This document shows, in pieces, positions 55,165 through 64,000 of a stretch of 64,000 nt of DNA (positions are counted from its first letter, which is position 1; each line of letters begins with the position of its first letter). The notes beneath the pieces were generated by a model, which worked only from the letters and a program-made list of their open reading frames with translations, was not told where the DNA came from and searched no databases. The stretch covers positions 52,627 to 116,626 of the forward strand of contig JAFSLH010000005.1 in the NCBI GenBank assembly GCA_017448545.1. Direction: 5' to 3'. This stretch comes from Clostridia bacterium. Its GTDB lineage: Bacteria; Bacillota; Clostridia; Christensenellales; CAG-138. The position numbers and the translations under genes were made by a program.

Positions 55165-56991
55165 TCAATAGTCTTCCTTGATTTTTTTGGCGGCCTGCTT
55201 CATGCGCTGTTCTTTCGAAAGCATCCGCTTCCGCATCCGGATATTCTTCGGCGTAATCTCGACGAGTTCGTCGTCTGCGATGAATTCCAGGCATTGTTCC
55301 AGCGTGAAGTAGGTCGGCGGCGTCAGACGAAGCGCTTCGTCGCTGCCGGCGGCACGCATGTTGGTCACGTGCTTTTTCTTGCAAACGTTCACAACGATGT
55401 CTTCCGCACGGGCGTTCTCACCCACAATCTGGCCTTCGTAAACCGGAACGCCGGGACCGACAAACAGTCTGCCGCGATCCTGTGCATAGAACAGTCCGTA
55501 GGAGCTCGTATCGCCGGTTTCGTGGGCGACAAGGCTTCCGGTCTTACGCTCGGCAATCTCGCCCTTGAACGGCTCATAGCCCGCGAAGATATGGTTCATC
55601 ACGCCGTTGCCGCGCGTATCGGTCATCAGCTCGCTGCGATAGCCCATCAGGCCGCGTGCGGGGATGAGGAACTTCAATCGCGTGCCGGTATCGCCGATTG
55701 CGGTCATATCGGTCATTTCTGCCTTGCGCTGGCCGAGCTTTTCCATAATGGCGCCGACGTATTCCTGCGGAACGTCGATCGTCAGTTCTTCCATCGGCTC
55801 GGTGATGCGGCCCTGCTCGTCACGGCGGAGGATGACCTTCGGACGCGAAACGGCAAATTCATAACCCTGGCGCCGCATCTGCTCAATCAGGATGGAAAGA
55901 TGCAGTTCGCCGCGGCCGGAGACGCGGAAGGTATCGGTCGATTCGGTTTCTTCCACGCGCATGCTTACATTCGTTTTCACTTCATTGAACAGGCGGTCGC
56001 GGAGATTCCGGCTCGTGACGTACTTGCCTTCTTTTCCGGCGAACGGGCTGTCGTTGACGACGAACAGCATATTGACCGTCGGTTCGTCGATCTTTACAAA
56101 CGGCATCGGTTCGACGGCGAGCGGATCGCAGGCGGTTTCCCCGACGTTCAGATCTTCCACGCCGGCAACGCAGACGATGTCGCCCGCATAAGCGGTATCG
56201 ACTTCCACGCGCTGCAGTCCTTCAAAGTTATAAAGGCGTGTAATCTTCGTATCGCGCGTGCGGTTGTCCTGTCCGCCGCAAAGAACAATCTGCTGTCCGC
56301 GTTTCGCGGTGCCGCGTTCGATGCGTCCGATTCCGATCTTGCCGACGTATTCGTCGTAATCGATCGTCGAAAACAGAATCTGCAGCGGCGCGTCCACATC
56401 CTGCTGCGGGGCGGGGATTTCCTTCAGAATCGTGTCGAAAACAGCCTGCATGTTGTTTTCCAGCTCATCCGGTTCATAACCGGACTGACCGTTCCGCGCG
56501 GAAGCATATACGATCGGGAAGTCCAGCTGTTCGTCGCTTGCGCCAAGCTCGATGAACAGCTCCAGGGCTTCGTCGACGACTTCGTACGGCCGCGCTTCCG
56601 GTCGGTCGACCTTGTTGACGACGACGACGCATTTCTTGTTCAGCTCCAGCGCCTTGCGCAGAACAAAGCGGGTCTGCGGCATGCAGCCTTCAAACGCATC
56701 GATCAGAAGCAGAACGCCGTCTACCATTTGCAGGATGCGTTCCACTTCGCCGCCGAAATCGGCGTGGCCCGGCGTGTCAACGATGTTGATGCGCGTATCG
56801 CCGTACAAAACGGCCGTGTTCTTGGACAGAATTGTGATACCGCGTTCGCGTTCGAGGTCGCCGGAGTCCATAATGCGGTCGGTTCCCTGCTCGCTGCGGC
56901 GAAGCGCGCCTGCGCCCTTTAAGAGTTGATCCACCAGAGTGGTTTTGCCGTGATCGACGTGCGCGATGATGGCAACGTTTCGAATGTTCAT
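55165..56991 (-). CDS. typA: Translational GTPase TypA/BipA
   Basis: IRNVAIIAHVDHGKTTLVD and DTPGHADFGG, with a length of 608 aa. Confidence 0.95.
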   Translation of the reverse strand: MNIRNVAIIAHVDHGKTTLVDQLLKGAGALRRSEQGTDRIMDSGDLERERGITILSKNTAVLYGDTRINIVDTPGHADFGGEVERILQMVDGVLLLIDAFEGCMPQTRFVLRKALELNKKCVVVVNKVDRPEARPYEVVDEALELFIELGASDEQLDFPIVYASARNGQSGYEPDELENNMQAVFDTILKEIPAPQQDVDAPLQILFSTIDYDEYVGKIGIGRIERGTAKRGQQIVLCGGQDNRTRDTKITRLYNFEGLQRVEVDTAYAGDIVCVAGVEDLNVGETACDPLAVEPMPFVKIDEPTVNMLFVVNDSPFAGKEGKYVTSRNLRDRLFNEVKTNVSMRVEETESTDTFRVSGRGELHLSILIEQMRRQGYEFAVSRPKVILRRDEQGRITEPMEELTIDVPQEYVGAIMEKLGQRKAEMTDMTAIGDTGTRLKFLIPARGLMGYRSELMTDTRGNGVMNHIFAGYEPFKGEIAERKTGSLVAHETGDTSSYGLFYAQDRGRLFVGPGVPVYEGQIVGENARAEDIVVNVCKKKHVTNMRAAGSDEALRLTPPTYFTLEQCLEFIADDELVEITPKNIRMRKRMLSKEQRMKQAAKKIKEDY

Positions 56992-57175
56992 AAATAGCCT
57001 CTGTTTGTTTCAAAAAATCAAGTTATTATACACCCCGGTATTTTTCCTTGCAAGAAGATCGCACGGAATTCGCGTTGTATTTTCGCTTTTTTTACAAGGA
57101 AGAAGACGAATCCGTCCGATCGGCGTCCGATTGCAAACTTCCTGAAACTTTACGGTGTTTTCCTATGAAAAACGC

Positions 57176-57204
57176 TTGCAAACATTTTTTGCTTATGGTA
57201 TGCT
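57176..57204 (+). promoter_or_regulatory. Putative promoter of tig (TTGCAA-17-TGgTATGCT)
   Basis: TTGCAA at 57176-57181, a 17-nt spacer, and extended -10 TGGTATGCT at 57196-57204. Confidence 0.45.
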
Positions 57205-57255
57205 ATCAAAACACTGGCGTAGTATGCCACGCAGGAAAGATAAGGAGAAATCATT

Positions 57256-58545
57256 ATGGCACAGTATGAGTTGTTGGAAGGCAAAAAGGCAAAGTTGACG
57301 ATTACGGTTTCGGCAGAAGAATTCGAAAAAGCAGTCAACAATGCATATCATAAGACGGCGGGCCGTTATAACGTGATGGGATTCCGCAAGGGCAAAGCGC
57401 CGCGGAAGATCATCGAAGCGGCTTACGGCGCGGGCGTTTTCTATGACGACGCGTTCAATGCGGTCTGGGGTCCCGCATACGATGCGGCAGTTGCCGAGCA
57501 TGAACTCGTTCCGGTGGATCAGCCCGATCTCGACATCACGGCAATCGGTCCGGAAGGCGTTACGTTCGTCGCGACCGTTCAGCTGTATCCCGATGTGACG
57601 CTCGGTCAGTACAAGGGACTGCCCGTTCCGAAGGCCGATCTTTCCGTTTCGGATGCGGACGTGGATCAGGCGCTCGAAGAAGAGCGTGAAAAGCAGGCGC
57701 GCTTTGCCGACGTGGATCGTCCGGCAGAGGACGGCGACCGGCTGCTGCTTGACTACAGCGGTTCCGTGGACGGCGTCAAGTTCGACGGCGGTACGGCGGA
57801 GGATCAGACGCTGGTTCTCGGTTCGAACGCATTTATCCCGGGCTTTGAATCCCAGCTGATCGGCGTGAAAGCCGGCGAGCAGAAGGATATCACCGTTACG
57901 TTCCCCACCGAATATCATGCAGAGAACCTTGCCGGCAAGGAAGCGGTGTTTGCGTGCAACGTGAAGGCCGTTCAGGTGAAAGAACTGCCGGAACTCGACG
58001 ATGATTTCATCGCGGATATTTCCGAGTTTGACACAGTCGCCGAATGGAAAGCCAATAAAAAGGAAAAAATGATCGCAGAGAAAGAGCGCGCCGCCAGAAC
58101 GGCGAAGGAAAACGCCGCGATCGAAGCCGCCTGCGATAACACGACCGTGGAGATTCCGGCCGTCATGATCGACCGTCAGGTGGACTATATGGTGCGCGAT
58201 CTGGAGTATCGCCTCTCCGGCAGCGGTCTCGATATGAACACCTATTGCCAGTACCTCGGCACGACCGTAGACGAAATGAAGAAGAATTTCCGTCCCGACG
58301 CCGAGAAGCGCGTCAAGATGCAGCTTGTGATCGAAGCGATCATCAAGGCGGAAAACCTTGTTGCGAGCGACGAAGAAGTCGACGCCGAGATCGAGCGTTA
58401 TTGCGAGAGCAACGGTATGGTCAGCGAGGATCTGAAGCCGCGTCTGAACGCCGAAGACATGGATTACTTCAGAGAGCGCGCGACGGTCGATAAGGCCGTG
58501 CAGCTCATTGCCGATTCCGCCGAAGAAACAAAGACGGAGGCATAA
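57256..58545 (+). CDS. tig: Trigger factor
   Basis: GFRKGKAP, an FKBP-type PPIase domain (GGTAEDQTLVLGSNAFIPGFE), and a length of 429 aa. Confidence 0.95.
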   Translation: MAQYELLEGKKAKLTITVSAEEFEKAVNNAYHKTAGRYNVMGFRKGKAPRKIIEAAYGAGVFYDDAFNAVWGPAYDAAVAEHELVPVDQPDLDITAIGPEGVTFVATVQLYPDVTLGQYKGLPVPKADLSVSDADVDQALEEEREKQARFADVDRPAEDGDRLLLDYSGSVDGVKFDGGTAEDQTLVLGSNAFIPGFESQLIGVKAGEQKDITVTFPTEYHAENLAGKEAVFACNVKAVQVKELPELDDDFIADISEFDTVAEWKANKKEKMIAEKERAARTAKENAAIEAACDNTTVEIPAVMIDRQVDYMVRDLEYRLSGSGLDMNTYCQYLGTTVDEMKKNFRPDAEKRVKMQLVIEAIIKAENLVASDEEVDAEIERYCESNGMVSEDLKPRLNAEDMDYFRERATVDKAVQLIADSAEETKTEA

Positions 58546-58591
58546 TTGCATACGCTTTAGCGTATGACTTTTCAGGAAGGAGGGTATCCGA

Positions 58592-59176
58592 ATGACTCTG
58601 ATACCGATGGTCGTTGAGCAGTCCGCACACGGCGAGCGCTCGTACGACATTTATTCCCGCCTTTTGAAGGATCGCATTATCTTTCTGGGCGGTCCGATTG
58701 ACGATGATGTTGCGAATCTTGTCATCGCGCAGCTTCTGTTCCTTGAGGCGGAAGATCCGGACAAGGATATTTTCCTCTACATCAACAGCCCCGGCGGTTC
58801 CGTTTCGGCGGGTCTCGCCATCTACGATACGATGCAGTACATCCGCTGCGAGGTGCAGACGATCTGCGTCGGACTCGCTGCAAGCATGGGCGCATTCCTG
58901 CTTGCCGCCGGCGCCAAAGGGAAGCGCCGCGCACTGCAAAATGCCGAGATTATGATTCACCAGCCGAGCGGCGGCGCATCCGGTCAGGCGACCGAGATTC
59001 GCATTCATGCCGAGCAGATTCTGAAAATTCGCGACCGGTTGAATCAGATTCTGGCCCAAAGAACCGGTCAGCCCCTTTCCGTGATCGAAGCGGACACGGA
59101 GCGCGACAACTTCATGACGGCGGAAGAAGCGAAGACCTACGGATTGGTCGACGAAGTCATTGTGCCGAGGAGATGA
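58592..59176 (+). CDS. clpP: ATP-dependent Clp protease proteolytic subunit
   Basis: [29 protein letters not shown] (Ser nucleophile) and MIHQP. Confidence 0.97.
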   Translation: MTLIPMVVEQSAHGERSYDIYSRLLKDRIIFLGGPIDDDVANLVIAQLLFLEAEDPDKDIFLYINSPGGSVSAGLAIYDTMQYIRCEVQTICVGLAASMGAFLLAAGAKGKRRALQNAEIMIHQPSGGASGQATEIRIHAEQILKIRDRLNQILAQRTGQPLSVIEADTERDNFMTAEEAKTYGLVDEVIVPRR

Positions 59177-59180
59177 TTGC

Positions 59181-60500
59181 ATGCCCACAAAGGATAGAGA
59201 TAATTTCGATAAAGTGTGTTGCAGCTTTTGCGGCAAGCGGCGCGGTCAGGTTCGAAAGCTGATTGCTGGACCTAACGCCTACATCTGCAACGAGTGCGTC
59301 GAATTGTGCCGGGAACTGGTGCGGGAGGATATGCGGTTTGCAGAACCGACCGAAGAGTTCGACGCGCCGACCGTTGCGGATATCCCGAAGCCGGCGCAGA
59401 TTGTCGCCGCGCTGGACGACTATGTGATCGGACAGTATGCCGCAAAGCGCGCGCTGTCGGTCGCCGTTTACAATCATTATAAGCGCGTACGCCTGCAGAA
59501 GAAGGACGACGACGTCGAGCTGCAAAAGAGCAATATCATCATGCTCGGGCCGACCGGCTGCGGAAAGACGCTGCTGGCGCAAACGCTTGCCAAGGTGCTT
59601 GACGTGCCGTTTGCCGTTGCGGACGCGACGGCCCTGACCGAAGCCGGCTATGTCGGCGACGACGTGGAAAACATTCTGCTCAAGCTGATCCAGGCTGCGG
59701 ACTTCGATATTCATCGGGCGGAGCGCGGGATCGTCTATATCGACGAGATCGACAAAATCGCGCGCAAGGGCGAAAACGTTTCGATTACACGCGACGTTTC
59801 GGGCGAAGGCGTGCAGCAGGCACTTCTGAAGATTCTCGAAGGCACGGTCGCAAATGTCCCGCCGCAGGGCGGACGGAAGCATCCGCAGCAGGAATGTCTG
59901 CAGATCGACACGACGAACATTCTGTTCATCGTCGGCGGCGCGTTCACCGGCATCGACAAGATCATCGAACGCCGCACCGGCAATAAGATGATGGGCTTCG
60001 GCGCAGACATCAAGTCGACCGAAGAGAAGGATATCGGATCCGTTCTGCGCGGCATTCTGCCCGAAGACCTGTTGAAGTTCGGTCTGATTCCGGAATTCGT
60101 CGGCCGCGTCCCGGTAATCGTCACGCTCGACAGTCTGGATGAAACAGCGCTGATCAAGATTCTGACGGAGCCGAAGAACGCCCTGACGCGCCAGTATCAG
60201 CGCCTGTTCGAGATGGACGGCGTGAATCTGGTTGTGACCGACGACGCGCTGCACGAGGTCGCGAAGAAAGCAATCGAGCGCAAGACCGGCGCGAGAGGTC
60301 TGCGCGCCATCATGGAAGACGTCATGCTGGATATCATGTATGACATTCCCTCGATGGACGGCGTGAAAACTTGCGAGATCACGGGCGATACAATCCGGAA
60401 GTCCGGCCCGCCGCGGTTTATCCGCAGCGATTCGGTACAGCCGGCGGCGCTTCCCGCGACGCGCAAACGCAAAACGACACAGGCAAAAAAAGCGGAATAA
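59181..60500 (+). CDS. clpX: ATP-dependent Clp protease ATP-binding subunit ClpX
   Basis: Zinc ribbon CSFCGK-CNEC, Walker A GPTGCGKT and IGFG-like GFGA. The ATG at 59181 follows GAGGAG. Confidence 0.97.
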   Translation: MPTKDRDNFDKVCCSFCGKRRGQVRKLIAGPNAYICNECVELCRELVREDMRFAEPTEEFDAPTVADIPKPAQIVAALDDYVIGQYAAKRALSVAVYNHYKRVRLQKKDDDVELQKSNIIMLGPTGCGKTLLAQTLAKVLDVPFAVADATALTEAGYVGDDVENILLKLIQAADFDIHRAERGIVYIDEIDKIARKGENVSITRDVSGEGVQQALLKILEGTVANVPPQGGRKHPQQECLQIDTTNILFIVGGAFTGIDKIIERRTGNKMMGFGADIKSTEEKDIGSVLRGILPEDLLKFGLIPEFVGRVPVIVTLDSLDETALIKILTEPKNALTRQYQRLFEMDGVNLVVTDDALHEVAKKAIERKTGARGLRAIMEDVMLDIMYDIPSMDGVKTCEITGDTIRKSGPPRFIRSDSVQPAALPATRKRKTTQAKKAE

Positions 60501-60518
60501 CCCATTCCGATCCGTTCC

Positions 60519-60849
60519 AGGGCTGTTGCAAAAGGCGTCAGACCATTTGCGGCATATTGGAATTGTTTTAACTTGTATGTAGAAAAGGCGGAAAAAATCC
60601 ACCTTTTCTCTGATTATATGCCGCAAATTATCCGCGTTTTCGCCCTACAAAATTCCGTGCGCTCGCAGTGCGAGATGCAGCACGGGATTTTGATATCCGC
60701 TGTCAGTACAGCCTTCGGGACGAAAACGCGAATTCTGACTGCCTTATCAACAGCCCCTTACAACGCTCAAAGAGTTTTGAGACAACACCTTTGCTTTTGA
60801 AAATTGCATAGTTTTGCTTTACTTTTTCGATCGGATTCGGTATAATGCA
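60519..60849 (+). repeat. Structured intergenic module, copy 2 (with an extra nested hairpin)
   Basis: It has the same ordered blocks as 44706-44980 read on the minus strand. It also carries a ~46-nt hairpin insertion (AAAATTCCGTGC...GCACGGGATTTT) in one loop, and ends in TTTCGATCGGATTCGGTATAATGC. Confidence 0.75.
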
Positions 60850-60855
60850 GAAAAA

Positions 60856-61020
60856 CAGAGTAGGCAGGCGCGCGTCGGCAAAAGCCGCAGTGCCGCACGG
60901 ACGGGGAGTTGCCGTGCGGACGAAGAAGCGCAAATCTCGCGATGCGTCTGCCGCATCCCGCTGTGACATCATACGGACCGTTTGCCTCCTTGTGTTGCCA
61001 TAGCCGGCAAAGAAGGAGGT
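60856..61020 (+). promoter_or_regulatory. THF (tetrahydrofolate) riboswitch with SD-sequestering expression platform
   Basis: The aptamer at 60856-60966 carries AGAGTAG, GCGCGT, GGGGAGT, ACGAAG and GCATCCCGCTGTG, collinear with the THF-I aptamer as I recall it from Eubacterium siraeum. GCCTCCTT (60984-60991) can pair with the SD sequence AAGGAGGT (61013-61020). It lies upstream of a folT-like gene. Confidence 0.8.
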
Positions 61021-61026
61021 TTTGCT

Positions 61027-61752
61027 ATGGAGCAGAAAACGTATCAGCCGCTGGATCAAAGGGCGCTGTTTTCAACGCCGTTTCATCGGGACTATTGGCG
61101 ACTGGCGGCGAGGGAGGTAAAGTCCCTTCGCGTTTTGATTCTCGCCGCGCTGCTGACTGCGCTTCGAATTGCAATCAAGTCCGTCAAAATACCGCTCGCA
61201 GCCGATCTTTACATCACATTCGGATTTATGGTCAATGCGGCCGGCTCGATGATCTACGGGCCGATCGTCGCAATCCTTGCTTCTGCCGTCAGCGATACGG
61301 TCGGCGCGCTGCTGTTTCCGACAGGAACATATTTTCTCCCGTTTCTGTTGGAAGAGATCGCAGGCGGTGTGATTTTCGCGCTGTTTTATTATCGGGCGCG
61401 GCTTACGACGCAGCGGGTTTTGCTCGGACGGCTTGCCGTAACGGTCGTTTGCAACCTGATCCTGAATCCGCTGTTCATGATGTGGTATTACGCGCTGTAT
61501 ATGGGAAAGGCATACACGTTCATGACGTGGCCGCGCCTTGCAAAGAATATCGCGCTGTTCCCGGTGCAGACCGTAATTCTGGTTCTGCTGTTCCGTTTGC
61601 TGCTCCCGATTACAAACCGTCTGAAAGTGACCTATGCGCCTGCCGACGAATTGAAGATTCGCAAAAAAGACGTGGTTTCGTTGATTGTGCTTACCGTCGG
61701 CGCAGCTGCAATTGTCATATTGTATTTCTTCTTTGTCTATAAGAATAAGTGA
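61027..61752 (+). CDS. folT: Folate-family ECF transporter S component
   Basis: Six-TM S-component pattern, length 241 aa, and a THF riboswitch directly upstream. The ATG follows GAAGGAGG. Confidence 0.8.
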   Translation: MEQKTYQPLDQRALFSTPFHRDYWRLAAREVKSLRVLILAALLTALRIAIKSVKIPLAADLYITFGFMVNAAGSMIYGPIVAILASAVSDTVGALLFPTGTYFLPFLLEEIAGGVIFALFYYRARLTTQRVLLGRLAVTVVCNLILNPLFMMWYYALYMGKAYTFMTWPRLAKNIALFPVQTVILVLLFRLLLPITNRLKVTYAPADELKIRKKDVVSLIVLTVGAAAIVILYFFFVYKNK

Positions 61753-61953
61753 TAGCAATAACGAATTGTTATTTTTAAACGTATTTACAGACTTTTGTTT
61801 CGCGTCCGGACGTTTCTATCGCGTCTGACGCGTTTTTTTCGGTAATACTCAAAGAAATATTTTACAATTTTGCAACGTTTTTCCTTCGTGAAAGGTGTAT
61901 GATATAGTACGAAACGGAAGCGCAGAATTTTCTGCAGGAAAGGAACTGAAAGA

Positions 61954-63390
61954 ATGAAAAAGAAGAATAAGGCCGGACGCATCATTTTGATTTGCATTCT
62001 GGTTTTGCTGGTTGTTGCGGTCGGCGGATACTTTGTCGCGACGCAGCTGCTGCATATCGAATTGCCGTTCGAACTGCCGTTTGAACTGCCGTTCAATCTC
62101 TCTTCGACGGAAGAAACCGTTTATGTCCAGTCGGTTGCGGACATTCTCGGCGTCGGCTATACGGGCAAGAACAATCGTTATTCCGGCGTTGTCGAGGCAA
62201 AAGAGGTAATCGAAATCAATCCGGACAGTCAGCTGACGATCGAAGAATGCTTTGTCAAGGCCGGCGACCTCGTTACGGAGGGGATGCCTCTGTTTGCGTA
62301 TGACGTGGAGAGCATTTCTCTGTCCTATGAACAGACGCTGATCGAGATCGTCGGACTTGAAAACTCGATTCGGACGGCGAATGAAGAAATCGAATCGCTT
62401 AACGCCCGGATTGCAAAGACGAAGGTCGATAAGCAGTACGAACTGAAGCTGAAGCTCCAGGAGGTTGAGCTTTCTCTGCGGAGAAACGAATACGACCTGA
62501 AAGCGAAGCAGGAGCAGGCGGACAGTCTGAAAGCCGCGATTGACGACAGCGTCGTCTTCTCGCCGGTTTCCGGTAAGGTTCGTTCGGTTCGCAGCGACGA
62601 AAGCCAGGGCGGCATGTTCGGCGTAACGCAGGATTCCAACGCGTACATTACGATTGTCGCCGGATCGGATTACTGCATCAAGGGCAAAGTGAATGAGCAG
62701 ACCGTGCATACGCTTTACGAAGGGATGCCTGTTACAATCCGGCTGCGCACCGATGAATCGGTCACGTATCTCGGTGAAATCTACAAGATCAATACGGAAG
62801 AACCTGTCAAGGAACAATCCTATTACTATTATGACGGCGGTTCCGGCGATCAGTCGGCCAAGTATGCGTTCTATGTATCGGCGGAATCATTCGACGGTCT
62901 GATTATGGGACAGCATGTTTATATCGAACTCGGGATCGTTGACGAGGACGAGGGGAAAATGTTCCTGCCGTCTTACTATCTCGTGTTCGACGGAGACGGT
63001 ACATACGTTTATGCGGCGAATTCCAAGAACCGGATCGAAAAGAAGTACGTGACGGTCGGCGCATACAAAGAGGATACGGATTCGTATGAAATCGTTTCGG
63101 GCCTTTCCTTCACGGATAAGATCGCATTCCCGGACGAGACGGTGCAGGAAGGCCTTCTGGCAAGTGAAACCCAGTATGCGGACAACGCGTCGTATATCGA
63201 TTACGGCAACTATACCATCGACGACGGCTACTTTGAAGACAACGGCTACTACGAAGACGGCAGTTATTCTGAGGACGGCGGATATCAGGAATCTGTTGAC
63301 GATACTTCGCTGACCGACGACGCAGTGCTTGACGGTGCGATGACTGACGACGCTTCGGCGGATTTCGAATCGGAGGATGGGGCGGAATGA
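61954..63390 (+). CDS. Efflux transporter periplasmic adaptor (HlyD/MacA family) with acidic Tyr-rich tail
   Basis: N-terminal TM segment, a lipoyl-like motif (VKAGDLVTEGMPLFAYD), a coiled coil and a beta-barrel. The C-terminal 70 aa are D/E/Y/G-rich. Confidence 0.8.
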   Translation: MKKKNKAGRIILICILVLLVVAVGGYFVATQLLHIELPFELPFELPFNLSSTEETVYVQSVADILGVGYTGKNNRYSGVVEAKEVIEINPDSQLTIEECFVKAGDLVTEGMPLFAYDVESISLSYEQTLIEIVGLENSIRTANEEIESLNARIAKTKVDKQYELKLKLQEVELSLRRNEYDLKAKQEQADSLKAAIDDSVVFSPVSGKVRSVRSDESQGGMFGVTQDSNAYITIVAGSDYCIKGKVNEQTVHTLYEGMPVTIRLRTDESVTYLGEIYKINTEEPVKEQSYYYYDGGSGDQSAKYAFYVSAESFDGLIMGQHVYIELGIVDEDEGKMFLPSYYLVFDGDGTYVYAANSKNRIEKKYVTVGAYKEDTDSYEIVSGLSFTDKIAFPDETVQEGLLASETQYADNASYIDYGNYTIDDGYFEDNGYYEDGSYSEDGGYQESVDDTSLTDDAVLDGAMTDDASADFESEDGAE

Positions 63391-64000
63391 TTCTGGAACT
63401 GGAACATATCGATAAGGATTACGGTACGCCGTCCGTTCCCGTCCCTGTTCTGCACGACATCAACCTATCTTTGGAAAAGGGCGAATATCTTGCAATCATG
63501 GGACCGAGCGGCAGCGGCAAATCCACGCTGATGAATATCCTCGGCTACCTCGACGTGCCGACGCGCGGCGTTTACCGCTTCGACGGCGAGGACAATACGC
63601 GTGCAAACGACAGCAAAATGGCGATGGTGCGAAACCAAAAGATCGGTTTTGTCTTTCAGTCGTTCCATCTGCTTCCGCGCCGGAGAGCGTGGGAGAACGT
63701 TGCACTGCCGCTGATGTATGCCGGCGTATCCCGTCGGGAACGAAAAAAACGTGCGATTGAAGCGCTGAATCGGATGGGGCTTGCGGATCGCGTCGACTTC
63801 TATCCGTCGCAGCTTTCCGGCGGACAGTGCCAGCGTGTTGCGATTGCGCGCGCGATCGTGACCAATCCGCTGATGCTGCTTGCCGACGAACCGACCGGCG
63901 CGCTGGATTCCAAGTCCGGTCAGCAGATTATGGATATTTTCGATGAGCTGCACGCGCAGGGAATGACGATCGTGATGATTACGCATGAACAGGCGATTGC
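63387..64000 (+). CDS. MacB-type ABC transporter ATP-binding protein (3' end outside window)
   Basis: An ATGA overlap couples it to the adaptor gene. Walker [10 protein letters not shown], signature LSGGQCQR and Walker B LLLADEPT are present. The frame is open to the window edge. Confidence 0.9.
   Translation, partial: MILELEHIDKDYGTPSVPVPVLHDINLSLEKGEYLAIMGPSGSGKSTLMNILGYLDVPTRGVYRFDGEDNTRANDSKMAMVRNQKIGFVFQSFHLLPRRRAWENVALPLMYAGVSRRERKKRAIEALNRMGLADRVDFYPSQLSGGQCQRVAIARAIVTNPLMLLADEPTGALDSKSGQQIMDIFDELHAQGMTIVMITHEQAI

Noticed and set aside
60573-60800. A 75-aa ORF lying inside intergenic module copy 2.
   Set aside because: Copy 1 has no equivalent ORF. The two copies differ by a hairpin insertion, not by codon-preserving changes, and no RBS is present. 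The conservation pattern is that of paired stems, not of codons.
62059-62094. Three tandem 12-nt units (GAAYTGCCGTTY) encoding ELPF-ELPF-ELPF in the adaptor protein.
   Set aside because: There are only three copies, in frame, just outside the membrane anchor. That is too short to argue for slippage-based variation without population data.
1-64000. A search for tRNA or rRNA genes, CRISPR arrays, transposases, integrases, phage modules, toxin-antitoxin pairs and recognisable defence systems.
   Set aside because: I could see no cloverleaf-like GTTCGAATC-type arms, no regularly spaced direct repeats, and no recombinase or defence-type domain signatures in any frame. The window looks like core chromosome.

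Overview
The window reads as GC-rich core chromosome of a spore-forming Firmicute; a Clostridia/Oscillospiraceae-like origin is inferred only from gene content and codon style. I found no rRNA, tRNA, CRISPR array, transposase or integrase. About 65 genes are supported. They include a V-type ATPase operon (E-C-F-A-B-D) with a QueG-like gene, a large SRP RNA, sdaAB/sdaAA, spoIIE-spoIIGA-sigE with an inverted sigG, and an Sfp-type PPTase. Also present are glgP, oppBCDFA, pyrR-pyrP with a PyrR attenuator, ireB-ruvX-DUF1292, typA, tig-clpP-clpX, a THF riboswitch with folT, and a MacAB-like pump. Three observations stand out. (1) A tightly packed eight-gene operon (27014-36909) joins a D-amino-acid aminotransferase, two Ig-repeat/transglutaminase-fold membrane proteins and a rearranged Dlt-like A-C-B-D' acylation machine whose DltD-like member has Cys where the nucleophile Ser is expected. 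(2) A structured 270-330 bp intergenic module occurs twice, plus one partial copy. Both full copies carry a terminator hairpin, compensatory stem changes and an outward promoter. (3) The sporulation sigma locus is unusual: spoIIGA overlaps sigE by 224 nt, sigE and sigG converge with overlapping stop codons, and several genes look leaderless. All functional calls rest on remembered motifs and family signatures, because no database search was possible.
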